Assembly: GCA_044234345.1 (NCBI GenBank)
Contig: JBIIIW010000001.1
Coordinates: forward strand, 1,766-65,765
Length of the DNA stretch: 64,000 nt
Direction: 5' to 3'
Source: Minisyncoccia bacterium
GTDB lineage: Bacteria; Patescibacteriota; Minisyncoccia; Phycocordibacterales; PALSA-1337
Numbering within the stretch: position 1 is the first letter of the stretch; each line of letters begins with the position of its first letter. A program made the translations under genes and the position numbers. Under the pieces are notes generated by a model, which saw only the letters and a program-made list of their open reading frames with translations, was not told the origin of the DNA and searched no databases. Shown here in pieces: positions 37,451-48,000 of this stretch.

Positions 37451-39241
37451 CTACTTCTTCTTACTAACCAACCTCTCTAGCATATCTACATCCTTTTTAA
37501 TTTCCCCTAATCCCTCACTAAAGAAATTCTTGTCTGTAACATCAATTCCGATACTCTTGTATATATTCTCTGGCGTATCACTACCTCCTGCCTTAAGAAA
37601 CTTTTCAATTGAAGCTATAAAGCTCTTGTCTTCCTTGTATCTCTTAAGCATAACCTTACTAACCAGCATTCCGTATGCATAAGTGTATACATAAAAGAAT
37701 CTTCTAATATGACCCCATTGAACGAAGAAATATCCATCATCCTCTTCCATCTTGAATACTGGACCGAGGTATGCACTCATATTCTTGTTATGAAGATTGG
37801 CTAATTCCTCTTTTGTAACTAGTCCCTTGTTACGTACAACACTATGTATATCAGATTCAAAGTTAAAACATGCTATCTGTCTAAAGATTGTTTGCATTTC
37901 ATCATCTATCTTGTCATGTAAAGCTACAATCTTGTCGCTATCACTTAGAGTCTCAGCGAATGTATCGAATGCTAAACTTTCAAAAAATGTACTCGCGGTC
38001 TCGGCAGTAGTTGTGGAGTATTGGCAATATACTGGACCAGCTTTCTTTGATAGTTCTGTATGGAATGCATGTCCCATCTCATGAGCTAGTGTTGAATATG
38101 AGTTAAGATCATTAATATGATTTAGTAATACAAGTGTAGGGTTCTCGTATGTGCCCCAGCAATACGCTCCTCCGTGCTTACCTTTCTGTGGAGCTACGTC
38201 TATTTGACCGTTATTAACATACTGACTCAACATATCAGCATATTTAGTATCGAACGTATTAAGTGTTGTATTTAGTCTCTTAATCGATTCTTTATATGCA
38301 AAGTCCCCCTTAATCTTCTTGTATGATACAGCTCTATCTGAGTAGTTTAGCTTCTTAAGCTTTAGTAGCTTTGCTTTAATCTTAAAAAACTTATGTGCAA
38401 CTGGAAAATACTTTGTCACACTAGAGACTAGATTTTCTACAACTAGAGGATCATTCCTATACCCTAATATTGTTGCTAGTTGTGGAGTATCAAATCCTCT
38501 TAGTTCATCATCAATCTTTTTGTTGATATATACAGCATTGATTTCTGCTTCTGAGAAGAATGCAATACTTTTAAGTTCAGCATTCACTAATTTAGATAGC
38601 TTAACTCTTTCTGATTTGTTTAGATTCTTAATTAAATTACTAGCCTCTTGTAAAGGAAGCTTCTTACCCTTCCAGTCTACTGTTAATCCTGATATCGCCT
38701 TGTCATGACTATCGTTCCAAAAGTCTGATGACGGTATTCTCTTGAGATTAATGATCTTCTCTTCAGCTTCTGATAGAAGATACTTGGCATCGTCAAAAGT
38801 ACATTTAAGGAAGAAGGTATAGTATGCAAGGTCAGGATCTGATAGCAGCTGTTGTTGAATATCACCACTAATCACTCCAAGCTTGATTGTAAAGAATGTA
38901 ATATTGTTTATACACTTCGTTGTTCTGCTATTGTAAAGGTTTAGCATTGACTGAGCCTTCTCATTCGAAGAATTTTTATGAGTTAAAAAAGTCAGATATG
39001 TTACTGGCTTGGATGGTAGCTTGCCTATAATTAGGAAATAGTCTTCGAGAGATTGTTTAAGTGCTGTTTTGTTGTTCTCAAGAGATTGACTATGGTAATT
39101 GGTATAGAAATCTAGACAAAGTCTCTCCAACTGCTCCATATCAGTCTCTATTCTAGGATCATTTATTGATTTATAGAACAAACTAAAATTCCATTCGGTA
39201 TTAATCTTGTTGTTTTTCATAGTATTTACTCTATCCCACAA
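37451..39241 (-). CDS. pepF: oligoendopeptidase F (M3B family)
   Basis: HEMGHAFH zinc motif and M3B architecture. 596 aa. Confidence 0.85.
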   Translation of the reverse strand: MWDRVNTMKNNKINTEWNFSLFYKSINDPRIETDMEQLERLCLDFYTNYHSQSLENNKTALKQSLEDYFLIIGKLPSKPVTYLTFLTHKNSSNEKAQSMLNLYNSRTTKCINNITFFTIKLGVISGDIQQQLLSDPDLAYYTFFLKCTFDDAKYLLSEAEEKIINLKRIPSSDFWNDSHDKAISGLTVDWKGKKLPLQEASNLIKNLNKSERVKLSKLVNAELKSIAFFSEAEINAVYINKKIDDELRGFDTPQLATILGYRNDPLVVENLVSSVTKYFPVAHKFFKIKAKLLKLKKLNYSDRAVSYKKIKGDFAYKESIKRLNTTLNTFDTKYADMLSQYVNNGQIDVAPQKGKHGGAYCWGTYENPTLVLLNHINDLNSYSTLAHEMGHAFHTELSKKAGPVYCQYSTTTAETASTFFESLAFDTFAETLSDSDKIVALHDKIDDEMQTIFRQIACFNFESDIHSVVRNKGLVTKEELANLHNKNMSAYLGPVFKMEEDDGYFFVQWGHIRRFFYVYTYAYGMLVSKVMLKRYKEDKSFIASIEKFLKAGGSDTPENIYKSIGIDVTDKNFFSEGLGEIKKDVDMLERLVSKKK

Positions 39242-40068
39242 ACCTCCTTAATCTCGGCTATAACCTCCTCTTTCTCTGGAGACTTCATACCAATCTCGTC
39301 TAACACACTCTGATTATTATATATCTCCATACAAAGCACAACACCCTTCTTTAATAGCTCCTTTTTGAATGTATTAGATATAGATACAAGACAAGTAAAA
39401 GGATGTAGATGTAGTTCTTCGATAATGTCCTGTAAGTTACCCTTTGCTGGATAGTTCCATCCCAACATCTTAACTCCATTACACTCTCCGTACTTAATTG
39501 CTTGTTCTGTAAACTTTGTATTAGTAATGAGCCAACCTTCTGTTAGTTTCCTCTGTATCCCTCCATAGTCGAACATATTACCCTTAAGGTCATCGAAACG
39601 AGCTTTGATGTACAGTACAACCTTAAGATCTGACTTCATATCAAGTTCATTATGGAACTTAGCTTCCACCATAACTAACTTGCTATCATTCCATGCTACG
39701 ATATCTACCTCATGAGGAACACATACACCAAGAACACTCTGATCAGTTAATGTCTGATATCCTCTAGCTTCAAACATCTTTGCAATATACTTCTCGAAAG
39801 GAAAACCATCTGGACCAAGTTCAGAGAGAGCTCTGCGAAGCGAATACTTTACAGCAACTGGTAGAGAATGACTTCTAAGTAGCTTAAATGCTCTAGAATA
39901 TATCTCACTAGTTGGCATACCGTCATACATCTCCTTACTTATATGGCCCAGTATTTCTTCTATAACCTCTTCACTACCTCCGGAGTTCTTTAGAGAATCA
40001 ATTAATTTATGTTCTTCGAATAATTCCTTTGTACCATCAGCCTTTGTAATTTGTATTAAGTGATTCAT
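39226..40068 (-). CDS. ATP-cone domain protein fused to an Mrr-like (PD-(D/E)xK) restriction-endonuclease domain
   Basis: The N-terminus (LIQITKADGTKELFEEHKLIDSLKNSG) is an ATP-cone. The C-terminus (VDIVAWNDSKLVMVEAKFHN) is a PD-D/ExK core. The chosen start ATG 40068..40066 overlaps the mnmA stop TGA (40067..40065) as ATGA. Confidence 0.7.
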   Translation of the reverse strand: MNHLIQITKADGTKELFEEHKLIDSLKNSGGSEEVIEEILGHISKEMYDGMPTSEIYSRAFKLLRSHSLPVAVKYSLRRALSELGPDGFPFEKYIAKMFEARGYQTLTDQSVLGVCVPHEVDIVAWNDSKLVMVEAKFHNELDMKSDLKVVLYIKARFDDLKGNMFDYGGIQRKLTEGWLITNTKFTEQAIKYGECNGVKMLGWNYPAKGNLQDIIEELHLHPFTCLVSISNTFKKELLKKGVVLCMEIYNNQSVLDEIGMKSPEKEEVIAEIKEVCGIE

Positions 40069-41114
40069 GCGGATATTATAGCACCACCTAAACATATATT
40101 TCCATCGTACATAACCAGAGACTGCCCTACAGATATATTGTCTTGTACGTTAGTAAACTTAACTGTATTACTGTCTACAAACTCTATCTCCTGTAGTGGT
40201 GCTCTGTATCTAGTACGAGCTAGTATCTTTCTTCCAATAGCTGGTACGCCCTGATTCCAGTTAACGTCCTTCACTTGTATAGTAGTTATTCCATTAGGTA
40301 ACTCACCCTCCAATCCCTTGTTAGCAACAGTTATTGTATTCTTCTCTATATCTTTGGATATTACATAATACGGCTCATCATTAGGAGTCTTCTTGATAAT
40401 ATCAAACCCATGTCTTTCACCTATGGTATAGAAAAAGGAACCATCGTGTGTACCAATTACATTTCCTTGTATATCAAGTACACCTCCTTTGTCTGGAGTA
40501 ATATAGTGAGACAAAAATTCTTTAATATCTATCTTACCTATGAAGCATAGTCCTTGGCTATCCTTCTTTAAAGCATTTGGTAAATCAAATTTCTTTGCTA
40601 ATTTACGTACCTCAGGCTTCTCGATGTTCCCAACCGGGAACAATGTCTTACTCAATTGTTCTTTATTAAGTGTCCAGAGAAAATATGTCTGATCTTTGTT
40701 CTTGTCTTCTCCTGCAACTAACTTTCCATCAATCACTTGCGCATAGTGTCCTGTAGCAACATAGTCAGCACCGTTCTTCATAGCATAGTTATAGAAACCA
40801 CCAAACTTTACATACCTATTACACATCACATCTGGATTAGGTGTTCTTCCGAGTTTATACTCACTAATCATATAGTCTACTACCTCCTCCTTGTATTCTT
40901 TCTCAAGATCTAGAGTTATAAAGGGTATATCAAGCTTAGCAGCTACTCTCATAGCATCTAACCTATCCTCTTTCCACGTACAGTTAATCCAGTCAGGTTG
41001 CCATACTTTAATGAATACACCAGTTACATCATAACCAGCTTTCTTAAGTAGTGCTGCGGATACAGAGCTATCTACTCCACCCGACATCCCTATATATACT
41101 TTCTTAGACTTCAT
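40065..41114 (-). CDS. mnmA: tRNA-specific 2-thiouridylase
   Basis: VYIGMSGGVDSSVSAALLKKAGYDVTGVFIKVW, a PP-loop, and overall MnmA architecture. Confidence 0.9.
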   Translation of the reverse strand: MKSKKVYIGMSGGVDSSVSAALLKKAGYDVTGVFIKVWQPDWINCTWKEDRLDAMRVAAKLDIPFITLDLEKEYKEEVVDYMISEYKLGRTPNPDVMCNRYVKFGGFYNYAMKNGADYVATGHYAQVIDGKLVAGEDKNKDQTYFLWTLNKEQLSKTLFPVGNIEKPEVRKLAKKFDLPNALKKDSQGLCFIGKIDIKEFLSHYITPDKGGVLDIQGNVIGTHDGSFFYTIGERHGFDIIKKTPNDEPYYVISKDIEKNTITVANKGLEGELPNGITTIQVKDVNWNQGVPAIGRKILARTRYRAPLQEIEFVDSNTVKFTNVQDNISVGQSLVMYDGNICLGGAIISA

Positions 41115-41140
41115 ATTTCGAGTATATGTTAAGTTAATAA

Positions 41141-42091
41141 CTATTTCAAATATCTATTTATGTTATTCAAATGAGTGTCATATGTAATTGCATATCTCAT
41201 TAGTCCATCTTTACCAGTTAGGTAGTAATAGTAGTCAGTCTTAATGTAGTTAATTGTATCCTCTATCGCAGCTATACCAGGATTTGATATTGGTCCCTTT
41301 GGTAATCCTTTATATAGGTAAGTATTATAAGGAGACTTAATAGCTAGATCTTGCTTTGTGAAGTTGCCTGGCTTACCAGTTAGGTAATAGAAAGGAGCAT
41401 CAACTTGAAGTAGCATTCCACGATCAAGTCTCTTCCATAATATTCCAGCAATGATCTTCCGATCCTCACTGTTATTAGCTTCCTTCTCCACTATGGCTGC
41501 CATATTAACAATATCCTTTAGACTCCTATTAGACTTACTCAAGTTAATCTTACTTATCTTCTCTTCAAAGTTCTCTCTCATAACCTTAATTATCTCCTCA
41601 GGTTTTGTATTAGCTAAAAAGATATATGTATCTGGATATAGATATCCTTCATATTGTATTGCTAATGATACAAACCTTGCTGCATTAAAGTCATTTAATT
41701 TCTTTAGGAGAATATATGCAATATCGTAGGTATTTGTACCTTCAGGTATTGTGATAGTTACACTTGGTTGCCTCTGTTCCCCATTAATCATTCTTCTTGC
41801 AATACCTATTGTATTTGTAGGCTCGCTGAATCTATAGTCTCCAACTTTAACTCCTTTGTTACCTGACAGTACTATAGCTATAAACTTAAATACTGATTTA
41901 CTTGATATCATATTCTTCTCGTACAGTGATTCTGCTACCTTGATTATCGAATCTCCGCTGTCTATATGGAAATCAAACTGTTGTTTAGGAAAATCCTTTG
42001 GTGGTGTAGATGAGTACCCTATAACAAGTAGGAGAATAGCGAAAATGATAAATGCTAATTTTAGTATTCTTGTATATTTGAAGTATTTCAT
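41141..42091 (-). CDS. mltG: endolytic murein transglycosylase MltG (YceG-like)
   Basis: N-terminal TM helix and the YceG hallmark GYLYPDTYIF. Confidence 0.85.
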   Translation of the reverse strand: MKYFKYTRILKLAFIIFAILLLVIGYSSTPPKDFPKQQFDFHIDSGDSIIKVAESLYEKNMISSKSVFKFIAIVLSGNKGVKVGDYRFSEPTNTIGIARRMINGEQRQPSVTITIPEGTNTYDIAYILLKKLNDFNAARFVSLAIQYEGYLYPDTYIFLANTKPEEIIKVMRENFEEKISKINLSKSNRSLKDIVNMAAIVEKEANNSEDRKIIAGILWKRLDRGMLLQVDAPFYYLTGKPGNFTKQDLAIKSPYNTYLYKGLPKGPISNPGIAAIEDTINYIKTDYYYYLTGKDGLMRYAITYDTHLNNINRYLK

Positions 42092-43359
42092 TATATAGGT
42101 AGATTTGCAGGAGCCTGTGACTTCTTAGAAGGTATACGATTAAGGTTAGGTGTTGATGCAACTGCACCTGGGAAGTGATATAGAGTTGCTAATTCCTCTG
42201 TGCTTAATACAAGCGGTGTACCTGTAAAAGGCTCATAGAAGAATGATCTTCTCTTGTATGCCTCAAGTACAAGTCTACACTGCTTGTTCTCTCTGTACTT
42301 CTTGTAGTCCTCCCAAGGTAGTCCTGAGAACTTAGCTGAGTACTTGTCTCCATTCTGTTTGATTCCGTTAAAGTTCTCACTTGAGAAGTGCTTGAATGCA
42401 GAAAGTATACCTCCCACACCATTTGGTTTGTCGAATACATCCTTCTTACCAATGTACACAGCCCTGATACCAACATCAAAAGCTAGTTTACCCATATTCC
42501 TCTCAACTGCCTTTATGAGTTCCTTCTCTCCATCAGTTAGAGTTGGAGGTATGACTCTTCCAGTCTCCTTGTCCTTCTTACCAACAATTCTAGTCTTAGC
42601 ATCACGCACCATAAGTTTGTTAACAAACTCTTGAGCTTGGTCCTTGTACGCATCAGTTTTCTTCCATAGATGACCAGGTTTGGCTTGTTCCGCAGTGTGA
42701 GCTCTAATCATGAACTGAAACCATACTTGTTGATTAGGACCGACACTTCCAAGAAACTCAATCATGGGAGTCATAGGATCAACTTTGAATTCCTCCTTAG
42801 GATCCTTATCAAGTCCATAATCAACGTATGTCTTTATCGGCAATACATCATTCTTCTGTGTAAACTTAAAGTCTGCACCCCATAGCTTACTTTCTTTAGG
42901 ATCGAAGTGTATACCATGAGTGTAGTCTGGTGCCTCATGTACTTCAATACCTGGGAACTGAGAATATAGCGCTGCCATAACTCCATTCTTTCTTCTGTCT
43001 TCTGTGCGAATGAAGAACTTAACTACACCCTCAACTGATACTAGTTCGAGAGAGTATGTTGGTCTTTTTTCCCCTTTCCAGAATTGGGCAAAGTTACTAC
43101 CATCTGAAGTATTGTGTAATGCGTTCAATACTAATTCCATAGAGAGTGGAGATTTCAGCATCTCTTTAGGAAGTTTAATTTCCAAAAGAGTGTACTTCAT
43201 ATTGGCTATGAAGTCTGATCTAACATAGTTGACCCATAGAGGCCAAAAAAGAACGTAAAGGATTATAGCTAAGAAAATTGGAGATATAGCTATTAGTATT
43301 TGGATGGTATTTGGTAACATTTCACCAAATAGCATTGATTGAAGTTCAACGGGAATCAT
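42091..43359 (-). CDS. hypothetical membrane protein (422 aa)
   Basis: N-terminal TM helices (IQILIAISPIFLAIILYVLFWPLWV) and a large soluble domain of unknown function. Confidence 0.55.
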   Translation of the reverse strand: MIPVELQSMLFGEMLPNTIQILIAISPIFLAIILYVLFWPLWVNYVRSDFIANMKYTLLEIKLPKEMLKSPLSMELVLNALHNTSDGSNFAQFWKGEKRPTYSLELVSVEGVVKFFIRTEDRRKNGVMAALYSQFPGIEVHEAPDYTHGIHFDPKESKLWGADFKFTQKNDVLPIKTYVDYGLDKDPKEEFKVDPMTPMIEFLGSVGPNQQVWFQFMIRAHTAEQAKPGHLWKKTDAYKDQAQEFVNKLMVRDAKTRIVGKKDKETGRVIPPTLTDGEKELIKAVERNMGKLAFDVGIRAVYIGKKDVFDKPNGVGGILSAFKHFSSENFNGIKQNGDKYSAKFSGLPWEDYKKYRENKQCRLVLEAYKRRSFFYEPFTGTPLVLSTEELATLYHFPGAVASTPNLNRIPSKKSQAPANLPI

Positions 43360-43616
43360 ACCTAAATATTATACCATAGAGAATATGGTTTAAACAAAAA
43401 TAGCCCAACATTTTGTAGTCGGGCCCTGATCTCGCCTCTGGAGATCAGTAGGTGTAACCGTCTATGCTGAATGATATCTTAATAATATCTTATCATAGTG
43501 ATGCCAATGCGGTGGAGGTATACGTGTCACTTGACAGTCTAAGTTGCTTCATGTTTAATGGATGACAGACACTACCTGTCATGTCTGCAAAATAACCTAA
43601 ATTAAATGATTCGGCT

Positions 43617-43808
43617 ATGACCCTACTTCAAGAATTTCGTAATGCTAGTAGTAGTGAGCCTGACACGGCTAAAAAAATCTTGTTCACCGTCTTTGTGGAT
43701 CTACTCGCGAGACATGGCTTTTCAAATTGGTGGCACTCGTGCGATGAAAAAATTCAGGACGAGATACTCCAGACCAATCTAGACAAGATTCGAGAGCAAA
43801 TGCAGTAG
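43617..43808 (+). CDS. small hypothetical protein
   Basis: 63 aa, GC-rich, followed by a long terminator hairpin. Confidence 0.35.
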   Translation: MTLLQEFRNASSSEPDTAKKILFTVFVDLLARHGFSNWWHSCDEKIQDEILQTNLDKIREQMQ

Positions 43809-43813
43809 TCAAT

Positions 43814-43860
43814 ACCACCTCCCACGACGCAAAAAACCACGTCGAGAGAGGTGGTTTTTT
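43814..43860 (+). terminator. intrinsic terminator
   Basis: accacctc..cgacg..cgtcg..gaggtggt extended hairpin followed by tttttt. Confidence 0.65.
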
Positions 43861-43889
43861 GTTTAAAATATTTTGACTTAATGAAATAC

Positions 43890-44936
43890 CTACGCCACTA
43901 CCTTAGAATCAGCTGGAGAATACTTACCATCCTTGTTCTTCTTGAAATGCTTCTGGTTCTGGATATTAACCATAATAGTGTTTTCCTTTACATATCTCTC
44001 CTTCATTACCTTTTCGATAATCTCATCTTTAGATAGAGGACCATGCTTCTCTAGTATGCTCTTTATAACATCCTTAACTACTCCTGACATATATCCCCAT
44101 TCACGTAGAGCGTATAGACCACGTCCTACAAGTACAAATCTCTTGTCTTTAATTAGTTCGTTATGAGTTGTTGCGATATGAGCCTTCTTCTTGAATATTG
44201 TAGTAATCTGCTTAGCAACCTCTTTGAAGTGTATAGGTGAACCATGCTTACGGATAACTAGGAATGCATAGTCTCTCATACCCTTTGTCTTGATATTTGA
44301 AGAATGAGATACTCCCCATTCACCCATAGCATTTTTACCAATCATCTTAGAAAGTGATAGCCAACGCTTAACAATCTCCTGATTCTTGTATTTCTCAGAA
44401 ACTTGCTCTAGATGTGACAGGAACTTGTTAACAATCTCTGATTCAACTAGTAGATCGTCATCTGAAAGTTCTCCATATAGCTTTTTTAGAGAGTCTTCAA
44501 CTTGTTTTGAAAGCTCTTCGTTTACATGCCATCTGTGCTTGAATTCATCATCCTCCTTTCTCTTCTTGAATACATCACCAATTACTAGTATGAAGTGTAT
44601 ATGATTCTGTAGTTCTAGATCCTTTGATGCATGTCCAAGGAAATCATCTTCAACAACAATTCCACCAAGAGAGTGTATTAGAGTCTCAAGTTCAGCAAAT
44701 GCAGCCTTCTCAGCCTTATATGCATCTGACTTACGGATATTAGCTAGAGCATAGTTCTCTATCTGACGTACTCTTTCACGAGTAATTCCATATAGTTTAC
44801 CTATAGCATCTAGAGTCATTTTCTCTGTACTCTTGCCTAGACCGTATCTTTTGACAAGGACTTCACGAGCACGATCAGGTAGCACTGAAAGCAGCTTCTT
44901 TGATGTTTGTTTTGGTTTGAATTGGATGTTTGCCAT
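43890..44936 (-). CDS. sigma-70 region-4 HTH domain protein with C-terminal HARE-HTH-like domain
   Basis: The N-terminus (LPDRAREVLVKRYGL...TLDAIGKLYGITRERVRQIENYALANIR) matches sigma70_r4. The C-terminus (HFKEVAKQI...DKRFVLVGRGLYALREWGY) matches the HARE-HTH signature found in the RNAP delta subunit. Confidence 0.6.
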   Translation of the reverse strand: MANIQFKPKQTSKKLLSVLPDRAREVLVKRYGLGKSTEKMTLDAIGKLYGITRERVRQIENYALANIRKSDAYKAEKAAFAELETLIHSLGGIVVEDDFLGHASKDLELQNHIHFILVIGDVFKKRKEDDEFKHRWHVNEELSKQVEDSLKKLYGELSDDDLLVESEIVNKFLSHLEQVSEKYKNQEIVKRWLSLSKMIGKNAMGEWGVSHSSNIKTKGMRDYAFLVIRKHGSPIHFKEVAKQITTIFKKKAHIATTHNELIKDKRFVLVGRGLYALREWGYMSGVVKDVIKSILEKHGPLSKDEIIEKVMKERYVKENTIMVNIQNQKHFKKNKDGKYSPADSKVVA

Positions 44937-45001
44937 GCAATTTAAGTTATTTATATAATTGATACTACATTATCATTGATATTCTGTCAAATTAGTGTCA
45001 A

Positions 45002-48000
45002 TTAGACTACAATATTGATGATTTTGTTCTTAATAATTATTACCTTTTTAATCTCCTTTCCTTCTGTCCATTTCTTCACTTCATCCATATTCATAGCTAT
45101 GTTTTTGACATTCTCATCGCTATCATCCATCACTGTTTTTAGTATTCCTCTAGTCTTCCCATTTATCTGTACTGATATGGTCGCAGTACTTGATACAAGC
45201 ATACCTGGGTCATATTTAGGCCAATAACTGGCATGTACTGAACCCTTGTTCTTTAGCTTCGCCCATAACTCTTCAGTTACATGAGGAGCGAATGGTGCTA
45301 CCAGAGATATAACTACTTCGTAATCACTTTTTGTTATAGAGCTTTCTTTCTCAAATTGATTCAGAAGAATCATGATTGAACTTATCGCTGTATTGAACCT
45401 CATTTCCTCAATATCCTCACCTACCTTCTTTATCGTCTTATGCACCATCACTTGTGTCTCCTCACTAACCTTCGCATCTATACTTACCTTCTCTTGTAGC
45501 TTCCATATTCTTTCTATAAATCTTCTTGATCCAGCTATTGTATTTGTGTCCCATGCTATCGCTTGATCGAATGGACCCATAAACATTTCATGAACTCTTA
45601 GTGTATCTGCTCCAACTGTATTTACTATGCTATCTGGATTAATTACATTTCCCTTTGACTTCGACATCTTCTCTCCTCCTTCTGCTAATATTAGTCCATG
45701 TGATGTTCTCTTCTTGTATGGTTCTTTGGTCGGTACTAGTCCTAGATCGTACAGGAATTTGTGCCAGAAACGAGAGTATAGCAAGTGTAGAGTGGTATGC
45801 TCCATCCCACCGTTGTACCAGTCTACTGGAGTCCAGTATTCTAGATTCTCTTTTGATGCAAACATCTTTTTGTTACCTGGATCTGCATATCGAAGGTAGT
45901 ACCAACTAGATCCTGCCCAGTTTGGCATTGTGTCTGTCTCTCTTTTGGCTTTACAATCAAAATTAAAGTATCTGTGGATATCATCAAAACTTCTTAAGAT
46001 TTGTCTTTCTGGTAGTACTTCATTTAACTTATCAAATCCATTAAAGCCCCAAGAACAACCAATAATTTTTTCTCTATCAAGCAAATTTTCCAACTCAAAC
46101 ACATCTGCCTTAGTGTCAGTGAAGTAATGTATTTGCTTAACACCTACTCCCCAATCTTTGCAGACTCTCTCAATCTTGTCTTCTTTTGATTTCCCATCTT
46201 CGAATGATAGGACGTGTGTAAATTTAATTTTAGATTTTTTAAGTGTGTTCTTCACATACATACCTGATCCAGAAGAAACCACAGCACATTTTATGTTTTT
46301 ATACTTTTTAACTTCATTAATGAAATCCTCGAAAAGGTTGATCTCGTGTCTTATCATTTGTTCGCCAAAACTTCTGGACCATCTTACGTCCCTCTCTATT
46401 TCCTCAGTTGCTTGTACGGAATCTCTAGTGTGATGAGGTTTTTTACCAAAATACTCTTGCAGTTTAGAGATTGTTTCGTTCTTAGATTTATCCTCATCCA
46501 TTGCAAACCTTGCCTCTACTGTTGCATTCCATGTATCTCCTAGAACTCCATCGAAATCAAAGATAAAATATTTAATATCATTCTTCTCGGCTATACATTT
46601 TGGACACTTAGTATTTACCCATTTCTCTATAGAAGCGAGTGGACTCTCTCCAGTCTGACTTGGTTTGTAATTATCTATCTTAGGTAGTAACAGAGGTAAC
46701 TCCTTTTCAGGTAATGGCACTATTCCACACTTCTCACAGTGAACTACAGGTATTGGCTCTCCCCAATATCTTTGTCTTGAGAATATCCAGTCTCTTAGTT
46801 TAAACTTTGTTACCCATTTACCTCCTACGAATTCTGTAATTTCCTCCTTAACCTCTTCTGAGTTCCTGTTATTAAACCTATCAGAATTGATTAGTAGTCC
46901 AGATTCAGTTACTGCATGGTTATCATTCTGTAGTCTGTATAGCCATATATCTAATTCTCCACATTGCATTGTATCCTTACGTATATCCTTAAGTGGAAGC
47001 CATATTGGTTCATGCTTCTCATTCTCTTCAGTAGTTACACTATCTTTCTCTTCATTCTCTAATTCAAAGCATGCCACTTGGAAGTATGCAACTCTATTTT
47101 CATCTTTATGTGCAGCAAAGAATTCACTCTTCACTGTGCCTCCCAGAGTGTTAATATATTTTAAGTTCTTGTATCCTGTTTCCTCTAGTATCTCTCGTCT
47201 TGCTGCTGTCTCTACACTCTCATCTCCCTCTATTCCTCCAACGATGAATGTAGTCCAAGGTTGCTTCTTCCACTTCAGGCATAGTATTTTTCCAGTCTTT
47301 GGATCTCTTACAATTGCTTGTATTGCTCTTCTCTCTACTATCTTCTTCCCATCTCTGTGTGGATTAGTTAGATCGATTCTTACTGGCATAACGACATCTC
47401 GTATCTCAAGGCTATACTTTCTTGCAAAGTCGTAATCTCTTGTATCGTGTGCAGGAACTGCCATAACTGCACCAGTTCCATAGTCATTGAGTACATAGTC
47501 TGCTACCCAAACAGATATCTCTTCGTTATTAGCTGGATTAATTGCCTTTATACCCTTAATCTCTACTCCTGTCTTAACTGTCTTTGCATCTGTTCTCTCA
47601 ATATCTGTCTTCTCCTGTACTTCCTTAATGTATTTTGCAATCTCTATCGTATTCTCTGCATTTTGCATGAATTTAGATACCAGTGGGTGTTCTGGAGCAA
47701 GTACTACATATGTAACACCAAACATTGTATCTGGTCTTGTTGTATATACTTTTATCTTCTCCTCACTCGCCTTTATACTAAATTCAATTTCTGCACCTTC
47801 ACTTTTCCCTATCCAATTCCTCTGTTGTATCTTTATCTTCTCCAGGAAGTCTGTCTCATCTAGATCTTTGTCTAGTCTTTCTGCATATTTAGTTATTGCC
47901 AGCATCCATTGCTCCTTCTCCTTCTGCTCTACTTTTGTACCACATCTCTCACAACATCCGTCTATCACTTCTTCATTAGCTAATCCAATTAGATCCTTAG

